Positions 7,146 through 15,895 of a stretch of 40,221 nucleotides of DNA are shown piece by piece. The position numbers were made by a program, and so were the translations under genes. Location of the stretch: IMG/VR virus record IMGVR_UViG_3300037311_000474, positions 1 through 40,221 of that record. One strand, given 5' to 3'. Positions within the stretch are counted from its first letter, which is position 1; each line of letters opens with the position of its first letter. The notes beneath the pieces were generated by a model. It was not told where the DNA came from, ran no database searches, and saw nothing but the letters and a program-made list of their open reading frames with translations. The DNA comes from a virus. Lineage: Duplodnaviria; Caudoviricetes.

Positions 7146-7185
7146 AATCTACAACTGTTGTGGCCTGTGCGTCAACAGGTGTTGT
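7146..7185 (-). promoter_or_regulatory. PL-like promoter with OL operators
   Basis: Minus strand TTGACG-N18-TAGATT, overlapped by TCAACAGGTGTTGT (7172-7185) and ACAACTGTTGT (7151-7161). These match the cI/cro operators. Confidence 0.75.
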
Positions 7186-7188
7186 TCA

Positions 7189-7944
7189 TCAGCGAGGTGG
7201 CAACTCCTCTTCGAGGCATTTCGCGAATGCCACTACATCCGCGCGGTGAAGCGTCACGCAGTAGCCGACGAGTTCGTGGCAACGGGGCGCGCCGTCTCCC
7301 TGTTGCTGGCAATGCACGGTCGCGCTGGCCAGGAGGGGAGCAAAGTCTGGCGACGGATCTTGCCGCTGGGTCTTGCTGTGACGCGGTAAGCCCAGGGCGT
7401 CCAAAACTGGAGTGCGGGCATTTGCCAGGCTGAACGCGGTGTCGACCTGTCGCCCATCAAGGGTGAAGAAACGGACCAGCAACCGGCGCCCGCTAAGCAT
7501 GCTGGCAAGCTCGCTCCCAAGACCTTCGGCGTCGTTACCGTGCCAAACCACAAAGCTGGCCGAACGCAGCCCGGCCAGGTACATGGGCGGGTCGATGACG
7601 CGATCGGCCGACAGCTGGCGTGTCAGTTCTCGGTCGCGCGCTGGTTGGGTGTCTATCCGCGTCATCAACGCGCGAGCGGTCGAGAGCACTCCAACGAACC
7701 GATTGGACAAAGTGAATCGAACCCAGACGCGGCCGCCTTCGCCGCGATGAAGTAGCAGTTCATGCCCATCGACATTGACGGTCCTCGCGTAAGTCAGGAT
7801 CTCGTCGGACATGCGGTCACGCTCTACCTCCAGCCTCCAAGCTGCCTGAGCGTGCGCCGATTCGAAAAGCAGGAACAGCGCGGTCGTCGAAAAAACCAGC
7901 CCTCTTGCAAACCGCGAAGCGGCGCTGGCGCGGGCCCGCGGCAT
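7189..7944 (-). CDS. Exported protein (signal peptide); candidate superinfection exclusion
   Basis: TALFLLFESAHA-QAAW signal and cleavage site. Last gene of the cI operon. Confidence 0.6.
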   Translation of the reverse strand: MPRARASAASRFARGLVFSTTALFLLFESAHAQAAWRLEVERDRMSDEILTYARTVNVDGHELLLHRGEGGRVWVRFTLSNRFVGVLSTARALMTRIDTQPARDRELTRQLSADRVIDPPMYLAGLRSASFVVWHGNDAEGLGSELASMLSGRRLLVRFFTLDGRQVDTAFSLANARTPVLDALGLPRHSKTQRQDPSPDFAPLLASATVHCQQQGDGAPRCHELVGYCVTLHRADVVAFAKCLEEELPPR

Positions 7945-7948
7945 ACGG

Positions 7949-8809
7949 TCAACCTGCCCAGTCGCTGCCGAGCTGCCCGGTCGCGCGTGCGGCGCGGGCG
8001 ATGCGGTCGAGGTAGTCGGCCATGTCCTCGGCGTTCTCGGCCGCGACAAGGCGGCCGGCGGTGCTGAGCAGGTCCACGCTGCGGGCGGCGTGGCCGGCGC
8101 CGCTGCCGCTGACGACAACGTAGCACTGCGTCTTCTGGCCGAAGTGCTCGCGCGCCGCGCGCAGCACTAGGCACTTGGCCTGGGCCTCGAAGATCTTGCC
8201 GCGAACGCTCTCTTCCGCGACCTCGAAGTCCACCGTCTCGGTGATGTGCATCACCGAGTTCTGAAGCGCGAACTCCGCATTCAGCCCGTGCTTGGCGCTC
8301 ACCGGAAAGTTGCGTACCACCTTGTGGGCCGCGATGTCATCGGCGTGCCTGCCCATGATGCCCATGTTCTCGAACTGCCGGCGCAGGCGCGCCCGGGTGT
8401 GCTGGCGCACGCGGTGCACCTCGGGCGCCATGGCCGGCTTTTCTGCGGCCGGGGGCGGCAGCACCGACTCGGCCATCACCGCCTGCACCTGGGCATCGAA
8501 CGTGGCCTGGTTGCTGTAGGCGAAGCTGCCTTCGAACTCATGCAGCGCCAGCGCGCCCTTGCTGCCGGCCAGCACCTCGCGTACTGCGGCAAGGCTGTCG
8601 CACTGGGCCAGGTGCTCGCGCAGGTTGGCGCCCAGGCGCCGCATGCGCCCCTCGGGCGAGCTGGACACGGCGGCGAGCTTCTCGCTGCTGGGCAGCGTGG
8701 CGACGGTCCAGTGCCCGTCTGCCGCCTGAACGACGGCGCCGACGCAAAGCACGTCGATGCGTTCCGCATCGGGGCGAAGGGTCAGGAGGCTGTAGGTGGC
8801 TGTTTTCAT
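7949..8809 (-). CDS. DUF3037-like protein, partner of the HipA-like kinase
   Basis: N-terminal YSLLTLRPDAERIDVLCVGAVV. ATGA-coupled to the kinase. Confidence 0.75.
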   Translation of the reverse strand: MKTATYSLLTLRPDAERIDVLCVGAVVQAADGHWTVATLPSSEKLAAVSSSPEGRMRRLGANLREHLAQCDSLAAVREVLAGSKGALALHEFEGSFAYSNQATFDAQVQAVMAESVLPPPAAEKPAMAPEVHRVRQHTRARLRRQFENMGIMGRHADDIAAHKVVRNFPVSAKHGLNAEFALQNSVMHITETVDFEVAEESVRGKIFEAQAKCLVLRAAREHFGQKTQCYVVVSGSGAGHAARSVDLLSTAGRLVAAENAEDMADYLDRIARAARATGQLGSDWAG

Positions 8810-9519
8810 GGCAGGGCGGATTGTGCGGCGGCCAGCCGGCGCGCGCGAGCGATGGACACCCACCACTGGCGTAACAGCATGCGCGGCTGGGGCGCCAGCC
8901 AGGCGGGCGGCATGGGCGCAAGCACGTCACGCATCCACTCATCCGGCAGCGCCTGGATGGTGCCCAGCACGTCCACGGGGCGTCGATAGGGCATTGTGTC
9001 CTGGCTCAGCAGCAGGCGCAGGCACTGCATGGTGTTGCAGGCCGGCATCGGCAGGCCCGGCAGCGGCCAGCCCAGGACCAGCAGGGCGTGGCTGAAGTCG
9101 ATGACGCGGGCCACCACTTCGCCGTCGAGCTCGAGGTACAGGAAGTTGTCGTGGTGCCGATCCACGTTGTGGGCAAAAAGGTCCAGCGCGTGTGTCTTGG
9201 CGAAGACATCGGCGTTGCTGATGCGCCCGCGCGCCTCCACGAACGACACGCTGCCGCCCTGCCACTGCGAGCCGAAGTAGGCCACGCCCGGCTGATCGAA
9301 GCGCTCCACCACGCTGAAGGGAGGCACCGGCAGCCTGCACGCCTGCGCCAGGTGCGAGCAGATCCACTCGCTGGCCGGCACCATGGGGTGCTTGCCTTGG
9401 CCCTTGCACAGCCAGCGGTGCGTGGTGACGTTGTCGACGCCGATGAAATCGGCAGCGGCGGTGGAGGGCGGGGGCTTGATGCGATGGCAGATGACAGGCA
9501 GCAGACTGGTCTGGATCAT
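8806..9519 (-). CDS. HipA-like (HipA_2/CtkA-type) Ser/Thr kinase
   Basis: WLCK...SEWICSHLAQACRLPVP, NVDRHHDNFL catalytic loop, IDFSHA metal-binding motif. Confidence 0.85.
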   Translation of the reverse strand: MIQTSLLPVICHRIKPPPSTAAADFIGVDNVTTHRWLCKGQGKHPMVPASEWICSHLAQACRLPVPPFSVVERFDQPGVAYFGSQWQGGSVSFVEARGRISNADVFAKTHALDLFAHNVDRHHDNFLYLELDGEVVARVIDFSHALLVLGWPLPGLPMPACNTMQCLRLLLSQDTMPYRRPVDVLGTIQALPDEWMRDVLAPMPPAWLAPQPRMLLRQWWVSIARARRLAAAQSALP

Positions 9520-9995
9520 TCCCTGGGGCGCTCGGTCGTGCCGAGCTGTTGTGGTTGGAATCTGGGTGACTCGATGCTCGCCACTGGCGTGGTGGCCTTT
9601 GCGACGTCCGCGGCCACGGGATCGAGCAGCTCGGCCACGCGGTCGCGGTAGGGCTGCGCGCCCGTCACCAGCAGCGGCAGAAGCCGCTCAAGCTCGGCCC
9701 GGGCCGGGCACGCGGCTATGGCGTCGAGGACTACGGGCAGCGCGTTGCGCAGCGCTGGCGCTGGCGCCGGGGTGACAGTTGCCGACTCAAGATCGCGGGG
9801 GCCGATGCCGGACAGCAGCCACCGTAGGTGGACCTGAAAGTAGTCCGCCAGCGGTTGCGCGTGCACGGACCGCACCGAGTTGCGCTTGATGAGAGCGCTC
9901 AGGATTTGCTGCTCAATGCCTAGATCACGGGCCACCTGAGCTTGGGAAATCGCTCGGTCGTCCAGCAGGAGTTGGAGGCGTGAGCCGAGAGACAT
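9516..9995 (-). CDS. cI: CI-like XRE repressor (no S24 peptidase domain visible)
   Basis: LGSRLQLLLDDRAISQAQVARDLGIEQQILSAL...WLLSGIGP HTH, divergent from cro. Confidence 0.85.
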   Translation of the reverse strand: MSLGSRLQLLLDDRAISQAQVARDLGIEQQILSALIKRNSVRSVHAQPLADYFQVHLRWLLSGIGPRDLESATVTPAPAPALRNALPVVLDAIAACPARAELERLLPLLVTGAQPYRDRVAELLDPVAADVAKATTPVASIESPRFQPQQLGTTERPRE

Positions 9996-10077
9996 GCCTT
10001 GAGTCTGACAACTCGTGTTGTCGGAGGCAAACAACGTTGGTTGCACATGTGGCAACAGTTGTTGTAGGCTACGCGCC
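9996..10077. promoter_or_regulatory. OR region: three 14-bp operators with PRM and PR
   Basis: ACAACTCGTGTTGT (10008-21), ACAACGTTGGTTGC (10031-44), GCAACAGTTGTTGT (10052-65). PR is TTGCAC-N18-TAGGCT. PRM (minus strand) is TTGCCT-N17-CAGACT. Confidence 0.8.
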
Positions 10078-10359
10078 ATGACGCCACTCGCCCAAGCCAT
10101 CGAAGCCGTCGGCAGCCAGTCCGCGCTTGCAAGGAAGTGCGGCGTGGTTCAGCAGCACGTCTGGAATTGGCTGAACCGGGACGGCGCGCCTCCAGCCGAG
10201 CGCTGCCCCGACATCGAGCGCGCCACGGCGGGGCAGGTGACGGTGGAGGAGCTGCGGCCGGACGTGCGCTGGACGCGGGTGGCCGATGCGGAGTGGCCGC
10301 ACTCGGCCGGGCGGCCGTGCATTGATGTGGCGGCGCGGGAGGCGGTGAATGCAGGTTGA
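10078..10359 (+). CDS. cro: Cro-like (YdaS family) regulator
   Basis: AIEAVGSQSALARKCGVVQQHVWNWL...IERATAGQVTVEELRPDV. Confidence 0.9.
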   Translation: MTPLAQAIEAVGSQSALARKCGVVQQHVWNWLNRDGAPPAERCPDIERATAGQVTVEELRPDVRWTRVADAEWPHSAGRPCIDVAAREAVNAG

Positions 10360-10451
10360 AGACAACCTGGCGGTGATAGAGGTGATGCGTTCGTTCAGCT
10401 CGCCATCGTTCGCACAGGGCTTGGACGAGTTGTTCGACGACGTGGCCGAGA

Positions 10452-10703
10452 TCAGTGTGACCTTGTCGGTGGAGGCGTGTCTGGTGTGCGGCCAGTTGCT
10501 GCGCCGTAGAGGGTCTCGAGAGAGTCGATCACCTGTCGAAGTATTGCGGGCGGGATCCAGATCGACGGAAGTGGCTGAACAGTGCCCGCGCTGCGTACGA
10601 ACATCGTCAGAAGCACCATGACCTCGGTGGATTGGTCGCGTCGCGCCGCCTGCACCAGATCGGCGTGGAAGTGCTGCAACAGCAGCGGCTTTGCTTTTTC
10701 CAT
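10452..10703 (-). CDS. Hypothetical protein, antisense between cro and the CII-like gene
   Basis: AAGGAGG RBS before MEKAKP, 83 aa. Confidence 0.45.
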   Translation of the reverse strand: MEKAKPLLLQHFHADLVQAARRDQSTEVMVLLTMFVRSAGTVQPLPSIWIPPAILRQVIDSLETLYGAATGRTPDTPPPTRSH

Positions 10704-11026
10704 GGGCGCCCTCCTTCGGGCTGTGTGTCGGGGGACGTGCAGCGTAACTCCGAAGGCAGGGCTGCCCGCCATTGCCTCCGCCAGGTGCACGGGGTGTGTG
10801 CCTGGTCTTTGCGCCCTCTGGCCGCGGCGACGCGGCGCCCGGGATGCCCCTGCTGGGGCTCTCCTCCCCCTTGCCGCCGCGTGCGGCGCGGGGCTCGCGG
10901 GCGGCGCTCTTTCTCTGCTCCAAGCCGGCTTGCGCTGAGGCGCGGCGGGCGTCCGTCTGAACCTGGCGTTGCATGGCCGCAGTCTCGGCTCCGGCACTGA
11001 TAACGCCCGCACCTGGGAGATACGAA

Positions 11027-11428
11027 ATGCCATCGGGGGTTATCAGTGAATCGCAGCCGCGGCAGCTGACGCTGGCGCTCGACGAAGGCCTGGCGGACCG
11101 CTTCGGCTGCCTGCGCGAGGTGGTGGCGCAGGGGGTGTACCAGCGCGGGCTGAAGCGCGCGGCGGCCGACCTGGATGAGGCGCCCGGCAACCTGAGCGTG
11201 CAGCTCGCCGGCGACGGGCAGCGCAAGTTCAGTGTCGACCAGCTCGAGCGGTACATCCAGTGCACCGGCGACAAGACGCCGATCCTGTTCCTCGTGGCCA
11301 AGTACCTGGGCGACCAGGGCGCGGCGCGCGACGCGGCCATGGAGCAGGTGATGTCGATGCTGACCCAGCTTCCGGCCATGCTGGCCAGCGCTGGGCTCCC
11401 CACCGCACCCGCAAGGCGCCGCTCGTGA
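11027..11428 (+). CDS. Phage CII-like regulator
   Basis: GLKRAAADLDEAPGNLSVQL HTH-like segment, position after cro. Confidence 0.65.
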   Translation: MPSGVISESQPRQLTLALDEGLADRFGCLREVVAQGVYQRGLKRAAADLDEAPGNLSVQLAGDGQRKFSVDQLERYIQCTGDKTPILFLVAKYLGDQGAARDAAMEQVMSMLTQLPAMLASAGLPTAPARRRS

Positions 11429-12216
11429 AGGCGCGCACCACTGGGCTGAAGCAGGCCATCGCTGCGACCGAGCGCATCGCCACGGGCATGGCCGGCGTGG
11501 CGGCCCGGGTGATCAACGACCAGGCCTACGCTGCACGCAAGGAACTGCAGAGCGAGATGGCGCGTGTGTTCGATCGCCCGACGCCGTTCGTGCAGCGCAG
11601 CCTGTGGGTGGACCAGGCGTCGCCGGCCAAGCTGTCGGCCAGGCTGTGGCCGCGCAGCTTGGGTGGCAAGGGCGCGGACCCCGAGCGTGTGCTGGCGCCG
11701 CAGGTGTTTGGCGGTGACCGCGACCTGAAGCGCAGCGAGCGCGCGCTGCGGCGCGTCGGCATCCTGCAGCCGGGCTTTTGGACCGTGCCCGGGTCGGGCG
11801 CGCCGCCGGAGAAGATCGACCGCTTCGGGAATTTGAAGGGCAGCTTCATCGCGCAGCTGCTCAGCTACTTCCGCGCTCAGGGCGAACAGGGCTACCGGGC
11901 CAACATGACGGACCGCCGGCGCAAGGCGCTGGCGAAGAAGCGGCGCGGCGACAGCGGCTTCCTTCGCATCGAAGGCGTGGAGTATTTCGCCACGCAGGGC
12001 AGGCTTCGCGATGGCCCGGGCTCGCACCTTCGGCCGGGCATCTACTCGCGCAAGGGCACGCACGGCTCGGACATCAAGCCCGTGCTGGTGTTCGTGCGGC
12101 GGCCGAGGTACAGCAAGCGCCTGGACTTCGGCGGGATCTCGGAGCGCGTTGCAGGTCGCGTGGCGCCGGTGGCGTTCGAGCAGCGCATGCGGGCTGTGGC
12201 CAGGGTGCGTGGATGA
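11425..12216 (+). CDS. Basic phage protein, gpZ/HK97-gp10-like
   Basis: EMARVFDRPTPFVQRS motif and C-terminal PVLVFVRRPRYSKRLDF. Confidence 0.6.
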   Translation: MKARTTGLKQAIAATERIATGMAGVAARVINDQAYAARKELQSEMARVFDRPTPFVQRSLWVDQASPAKLSARLWPRSLGGKGADPERVLAPQVFGGDRDLKRSERALRRVGILQPGFWTVPGSGAPPEKIDRFGNLKGSFIAQLLSYFRAQGEQGYRANMTDRRRKALAKKRRGDSGFLRIEGVEYFATQGRLRDGPGSHLRPGIYSRKGTHGSDIKPVLVFVRRPRYSKRLDFGGISERVAGRVAPVAFEQRMRAVARVRG

Positions 12217-12307
12217 CGGTGCGTCGGCCTCGGGCGTTGAAGCCCCGACCCCCCTCGGTGATCCGCGGCGCTGGCGCGGTCGGCGTTGCCTGTTGCGCCA
12301 GCACGAC

Positions 12308-12350
12308 GGGTCCTTCCCGCAACGCCTCGGTGCGGGTGATTCGAGGCTCG
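12308..12350 (+). other. Putative cos region (cosQ-like GGGTCCT)
   Basis: GGGTCCT identical to lambda cosQ, intergenic, in a phage with a gpA-type terminase. Confidence 0.4.
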
Positions 12351-12418
12351 ACGGTGCGCCAGGCAACAGGCGGCCAGCATAGGCAACAGGGCCGCCAGGC
12401 CCAGGCAGGCGCCGGCTC

Positions 12419-14896
12419 ATGACCACCGCCAGCCTGGCGAACTACGTCGACGTCGAGCGCCAGCTGGCCGCGGCTGGGCTGCTGCTGGCCGGGTCGCTTG
12501 AGATCGGCACTGCGCGGCCGGTCCGCTGCCGCGTCGATGGTCAAGGGCGCGAGAAGCGCGGCTGGTACCGGCTGTACGAGATGCCGCTCGACGGTGGCGG
12601 CAGCCTGATCGTCGGCAGCTACGGCGTCTGGCAGGGCAACGACAACGGCGCCATCAAGATCGCGCTGCCCAAGGTCGAGCGCGACCGGATGACGGTTGGC
12701 CAGGCCGAGGCGCTGAAGGCTCGCATCAAGGCCGACCGCGAGGCGGTTGCCGCTGAGCTGGCGCGGGACTACGCGCGCGCCGCGGCGCGCGCGATGAAGG
12801 GCTGGGCGCACTGTTTACGCGAGGTGGCTGACGCTCCCTACCTGCGCCGCAAGGGTCTGCCGCCGGGGAAGCTGTACGGCGCCCGCGTCACCAAGGCCGG
12901 CAACCTGGTGATCCCGATCGCTGATGCCCGCGGCCGGATCCACGGCCTGCAGGTGATCTGGGGCGACCCGGCGGTCAAGGCGCGGAAGGGCCGCGACAAG
13001 GACTACTGGCCCAAGGGCCTGGCCAAGCTGGGCCACTGGCACATGATCGGCGCGGCCGGCCGCGGCAGTGTGATCCTCGTGTGCGAGGGCTTCGCCACCG
13101 GTGCCAGCCTGCATGAGGCCACCGGGCTGCCGGTGGCTGTGGCCTTCGACGCCAACAACCTGGGTCCGGTCGCCCGCGCACTGGCGGCGGCGTACAAGGG
13201 TGCGCGGCTGCTGCTGTGCGCAGACGACGACTGGGTCCAGAAGTGCTCGGCCTGCGGCGCGTACACCCGCGTCGAGCTGGGCCCGGACTGCGAGCATTGC
13301 GGGCAGCCGCACCGCAAGGGCAACGCCGGCGTCACCGAGTCCAGCTCGGCCGCGCTGGCGGTCGGTGGGGCGTGGGTCAAGCCGGAGTTCCCGACGCAAC
13401 GGCCGGCCGACCGCAAGGGCGACACGGACTTCAACGATCTGCACGTTCACCCGGAAGGGGGCCTCCCCTTGGTGGCCCGCCAGATCGAGGCGGTGTTGTT
13501 GCAGCAGGGATGGAAGGTCGCGCTGAAGGGCGCCGCGCCGGCGCCCGCTGCCGGGGGGGGAGGGGAGGCGCGGCCTCGCGCGTTGGCGGTGATGCCGCTC
13601 GACGATCTGGTGGCGCGATTCGTGCCGCTGGACGACGGCACTGGCGAGAGCCTCTTCGACACGTGGGCGCGCCGCATCGTGCGCGCGAAACAGGCCGTGG
13701 CGCTGCTGCCGGCCGGCGTCCGGTGGGACGACGTGAAGCGTCACCCGGTGTGGATCGAGCGCGGCGCGTACTACCTGGACCAGGTCGGGTTCGATCCAGC
13801 GGGCGAGGATCCGAACGTCCTGCTGAACGTCTGGCAGGGCTGGCCGATGCGGCCGAAGGCCGGCCAGTGCGAGCGGCTGCTGGGCCTGCTGCGCTACTTG
13901 TGCGGCGAGGACAACGGAGACGAGGTCTACTGGTGGCTGCTGCGCTGGCTGGCCTACCCGCTGCAGCACCCCGGCGCGAAGCTGCCGAGCGCCGTGATCA
14001 TGCACGGGCCGCAGGGCTCCGGTAAGTCCACGATCTTCAAGGCGATCGCACGGATCTACGGCAGCTACTCGACCGTGCTGAACCAGCGGGGGCTCGAGGA
14101 CAAGTTCAATGCCGACTGGGTGGACGGCAAGCTGTTCCTGCTGGCCGAGGAGGTGGTGACGCGCCAGGAGATGTGGCACATCAAGAACGAGCTGAAGGAG
14201 CTCGTCACCGGCGAGGTGGTGCGCGTCAACGGCAAGCACGTCGGCGCCTACCCTCAGCGCAACCACATCAACCTGGTGTTTTTGTCGAACGAGGGCCAGC
14301 CGCTGCCGCTGGACAACGATGACCGCCGGCACCTGGTCGTGTGGACGCCAGCCGAGCGCGAGCGCGATTACTACGACCGCATCAACGAGGAGATCGACGA
14401 AGGCGGAATCGAGGCGCTCTACCAGTACCTCCTGGACCTCGACCTGGAAGGCTGGAAGCCGCACCGGCGCCCGCCCATGACGCAGGCCAAGCGCGAGCTG
14501 GTGGAGGTGAGCAAGAGCAGCGAGCTGCGGTTCCTCGAGCGCTGGCTGGACTTCGACTCCGGGCTGGACCTTTCCGTGTGCCCGTGTCGAAGCGAGGACC
14601 TGTACCGCGCCTACGTGCGCTGGTGCCATCGCAACGGCGAGTCCAAGCCGCGCACGAGCGTGTTCTTCTTCAACTCCGTGAGCCGCCTGGCGGGGTGGGA
14701 AAAGAAGAAGGCCCGCGTCACCGACGGCGCGTCCAGTCGGCCGCTGAACGTCGTCATCCCGCCGCTGGAGCTGCTCCCGGAGGCCATGCGGCCAGAGGCC
14801 GCCGAGTCCGCGCCGGACTGGCTCGGCCGCTGCTGCCAGCTGTTCTCCGATTCGCTCACGCAGTCCAGCACGGAGGCCGCATGGGGCGAACGATGA
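12419..14896 (+). CDS. DNA primase-helicase (TOPRIM + D5/VirE-like NTPase)
   Basis: VCEGFATG and CADDD TOPRIM motifs, TDFNDL, Walker A GPQGSGKS. Confidence 0.9.
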   Translation: MTTASLANYVDVERQLAAAGLLLAGSLEIGTARPVRCRVDGQGREKRGWYRLYEMPLDGGGSLIVGSYGVWQGNDNGAIKIALPKVERDRMTVGQAEALKARIKADREAVAAELARDYARAAARAMKGWAHCLREVADAPYLRRKGLPPGKLYGARVTKAGNLVIPIADARGRIHGLQVIWGDPAVKARKGRDKDYWPKGLAKLGHWHMIGAAGRGSVILVCEGFATGASLHEATGLPVAVAFDANNLGPVARALAAAYKGARLLLCADDDWVQKCSACGAYTRVELGPDCEHCGQPHRKGNAGVTESSSAALAVGGAWVKPEFPTQRPADRKGDTDFNDLHVHPEGGLPLVARQIEAVLLQQGWKVALKGAAPAPAAGGGGEARPRALAVMPLDDLVARFVPLDDGTGESLFDTWARRIVRAKQAVALLPAGVRWDDVKRHPVWIERGAYYLDQVGFDPAGEDPNVLLNVWQGWPMRPKAGQCERLLGLLRYLCGEDNGDEVYWWLLRWLAYPLQHPGAKLPSAVIMHGPQGSGKSTIFKAIARIYGSYSTVLNQRGLEDKFNADWVDGKLFLLAEEVVTRQEMWHIKNELKELVTGEVVRVNGKHVGAYPQRNHINLVFLSNEGQPLPLDNDDRRHLVVWTPAERERDYYDRINEEIDEGGIEALYQYLLDLDLEGWKPHRRPPMTQAKRELVEVSKSSELRFLERWLDFDSGLDLSVCPCRSEDLYRAYVRWCHRNGESKPRTSVFFFNSVSRLAGWEKKKARVTDGASSRPLNVVIPPLELLPEAMRPEAAESAPDWLGRCCQLFSDSLTQSSTEAAWGER

Positions 14897-14899
14897 CCC

Positions 14900-15157
14900 G
14901 TGTTCCGGCTGTCGGCGCGCGTGTTCCGGCCTGCCGGAACACCGCAAGTGCTTGTTTTTCAACGCTTGTTCCGGGTGTTCCGGGTGTTCCGGGTCTCCCG
15001 CGCACACACGTGGGCGCATGCGTGCGCCTGCGCCTGTGCGCGTCCTCGCGCGCGCACCTCCACCCCGGAACACCCGGAACAGGAGGAACAAGTGAGTGAA
15101 ATCAACAAGTTGCCGCGTTCCGGGGAGCCGGAACAGTCTGCGGAAGCCCGGAACAGC
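14900..15157. repeat. Iteron cluster, probable replication origin
   Basis: About ten copies of TGTTCCGG/CCGGAACA in direct and inverted orientation, around AT-richer spacers, immediately after the primase. Confidence 0.7.
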
Positions 15158-15895
15158 CCGGCGGAAGAGTCATTTGCCGACTTCGCGCGCCGGCTGGGCG
15201 TGGCCCGCAGCACAGTGACGCGCGCCGCCCAGGCCGGCCGCCTGGTGCTGGTCGGGCGGCCCGGTGGCGGCAAGGCGGTGCGTGTGCTCGAAAGCCTGCA
15301 GCGCCTGGAGGCCACTCGTGGCCTGCGAGACGACGTGGCCGAGCGCCACGCAGCTCAGCGCGGCCAGCCGCTGCCGGCAGCCTCTGGCGTTGGTGTTGTC
15401 GGCGTTGCGGAGGTGTCGGCAACGGCCGCAACGGGCCCGAATCGCGGCGATGCGGGTGCGGGCCAGGGGGCAGGCCCTGCCGAGGCGGCGAACGCCGGCC
15501 TTCGGGCCGTGCATCAGCGCCGCGCGCTGAGCGCCAGCAATTCGCTGCTGCAGGTGACGCTCGAGCTGCAGCGCGGCGATCGGTTCCCGCGCGACGCCGT
15601 GCTGGCCGAGGCGCAGGGCCTGGGCACCAGCCTGCGTGCCGGCGTGGAGCGGTTGATCGACCAGACCGCGCCGCGCCTGGCCGCCGCGGCGGCCGGCGGC
15701 GGAGCCGAAGCCCAGGCAGCGCAGCGGCGCATCCTGCGCGAGGAACTCCGCGTACTGCGTGCCGCGCTGGCGCGCGACTTCCGCGTCGCACGGCGCCGCC
15801 TGCGCCCGCAGGCCGCGGCGGCCGGTGGCGCGGCGATGGCCGGCGCCCTGGCCCAGGCCGCCCAGGTGCAGCAAGCGGGGGAGGGCGCCGCGTGA
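15092..15895 (+). CDS. terS: Terminase small subunit-like protein
   Basis: AGGAGG RBS, wHTH SFADFARRLGVARSTVTRAAQAGRL, GTGA-coupled to terL. Confidence 0.7.
   Translation: MSEINKLPRSGEPEQSAEARNSPAEESFADFARRLGVARSTVTRAAQAGRLVLVGRPGGGKAVRVLESLQRLEATRGLRDDVAERHAAQRGQPLPAASGVGVVGVAEVSATAATGPNRGDAGAGQGAGPAEAANAGLRAVHQRRALSASNSLLQVTLELQRGDRFPRDAVLAEAQGLGTSLRAGVERLIDQTAPRLAAAAAGGGAEAQAAQRRILREELRVLRAALARDFRVARRRLRPQAAAAGGAAMAGALAQAAQVQQAGEGAA

Noticed and set aside
10349-10621. Plus-strand 90-aa ORF after cro
   Set aside because: It has no recognisable motif and overlaps a minus-strand ORF with a better RBS. Left uncalled, though not excluded.
14900-15091. N-terminal extension of the terS ORF from 14900
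   Set aside because: It is translated iteron sequence (FRVFRVFRV). The AGGAGG RBS supports GTG 15092.
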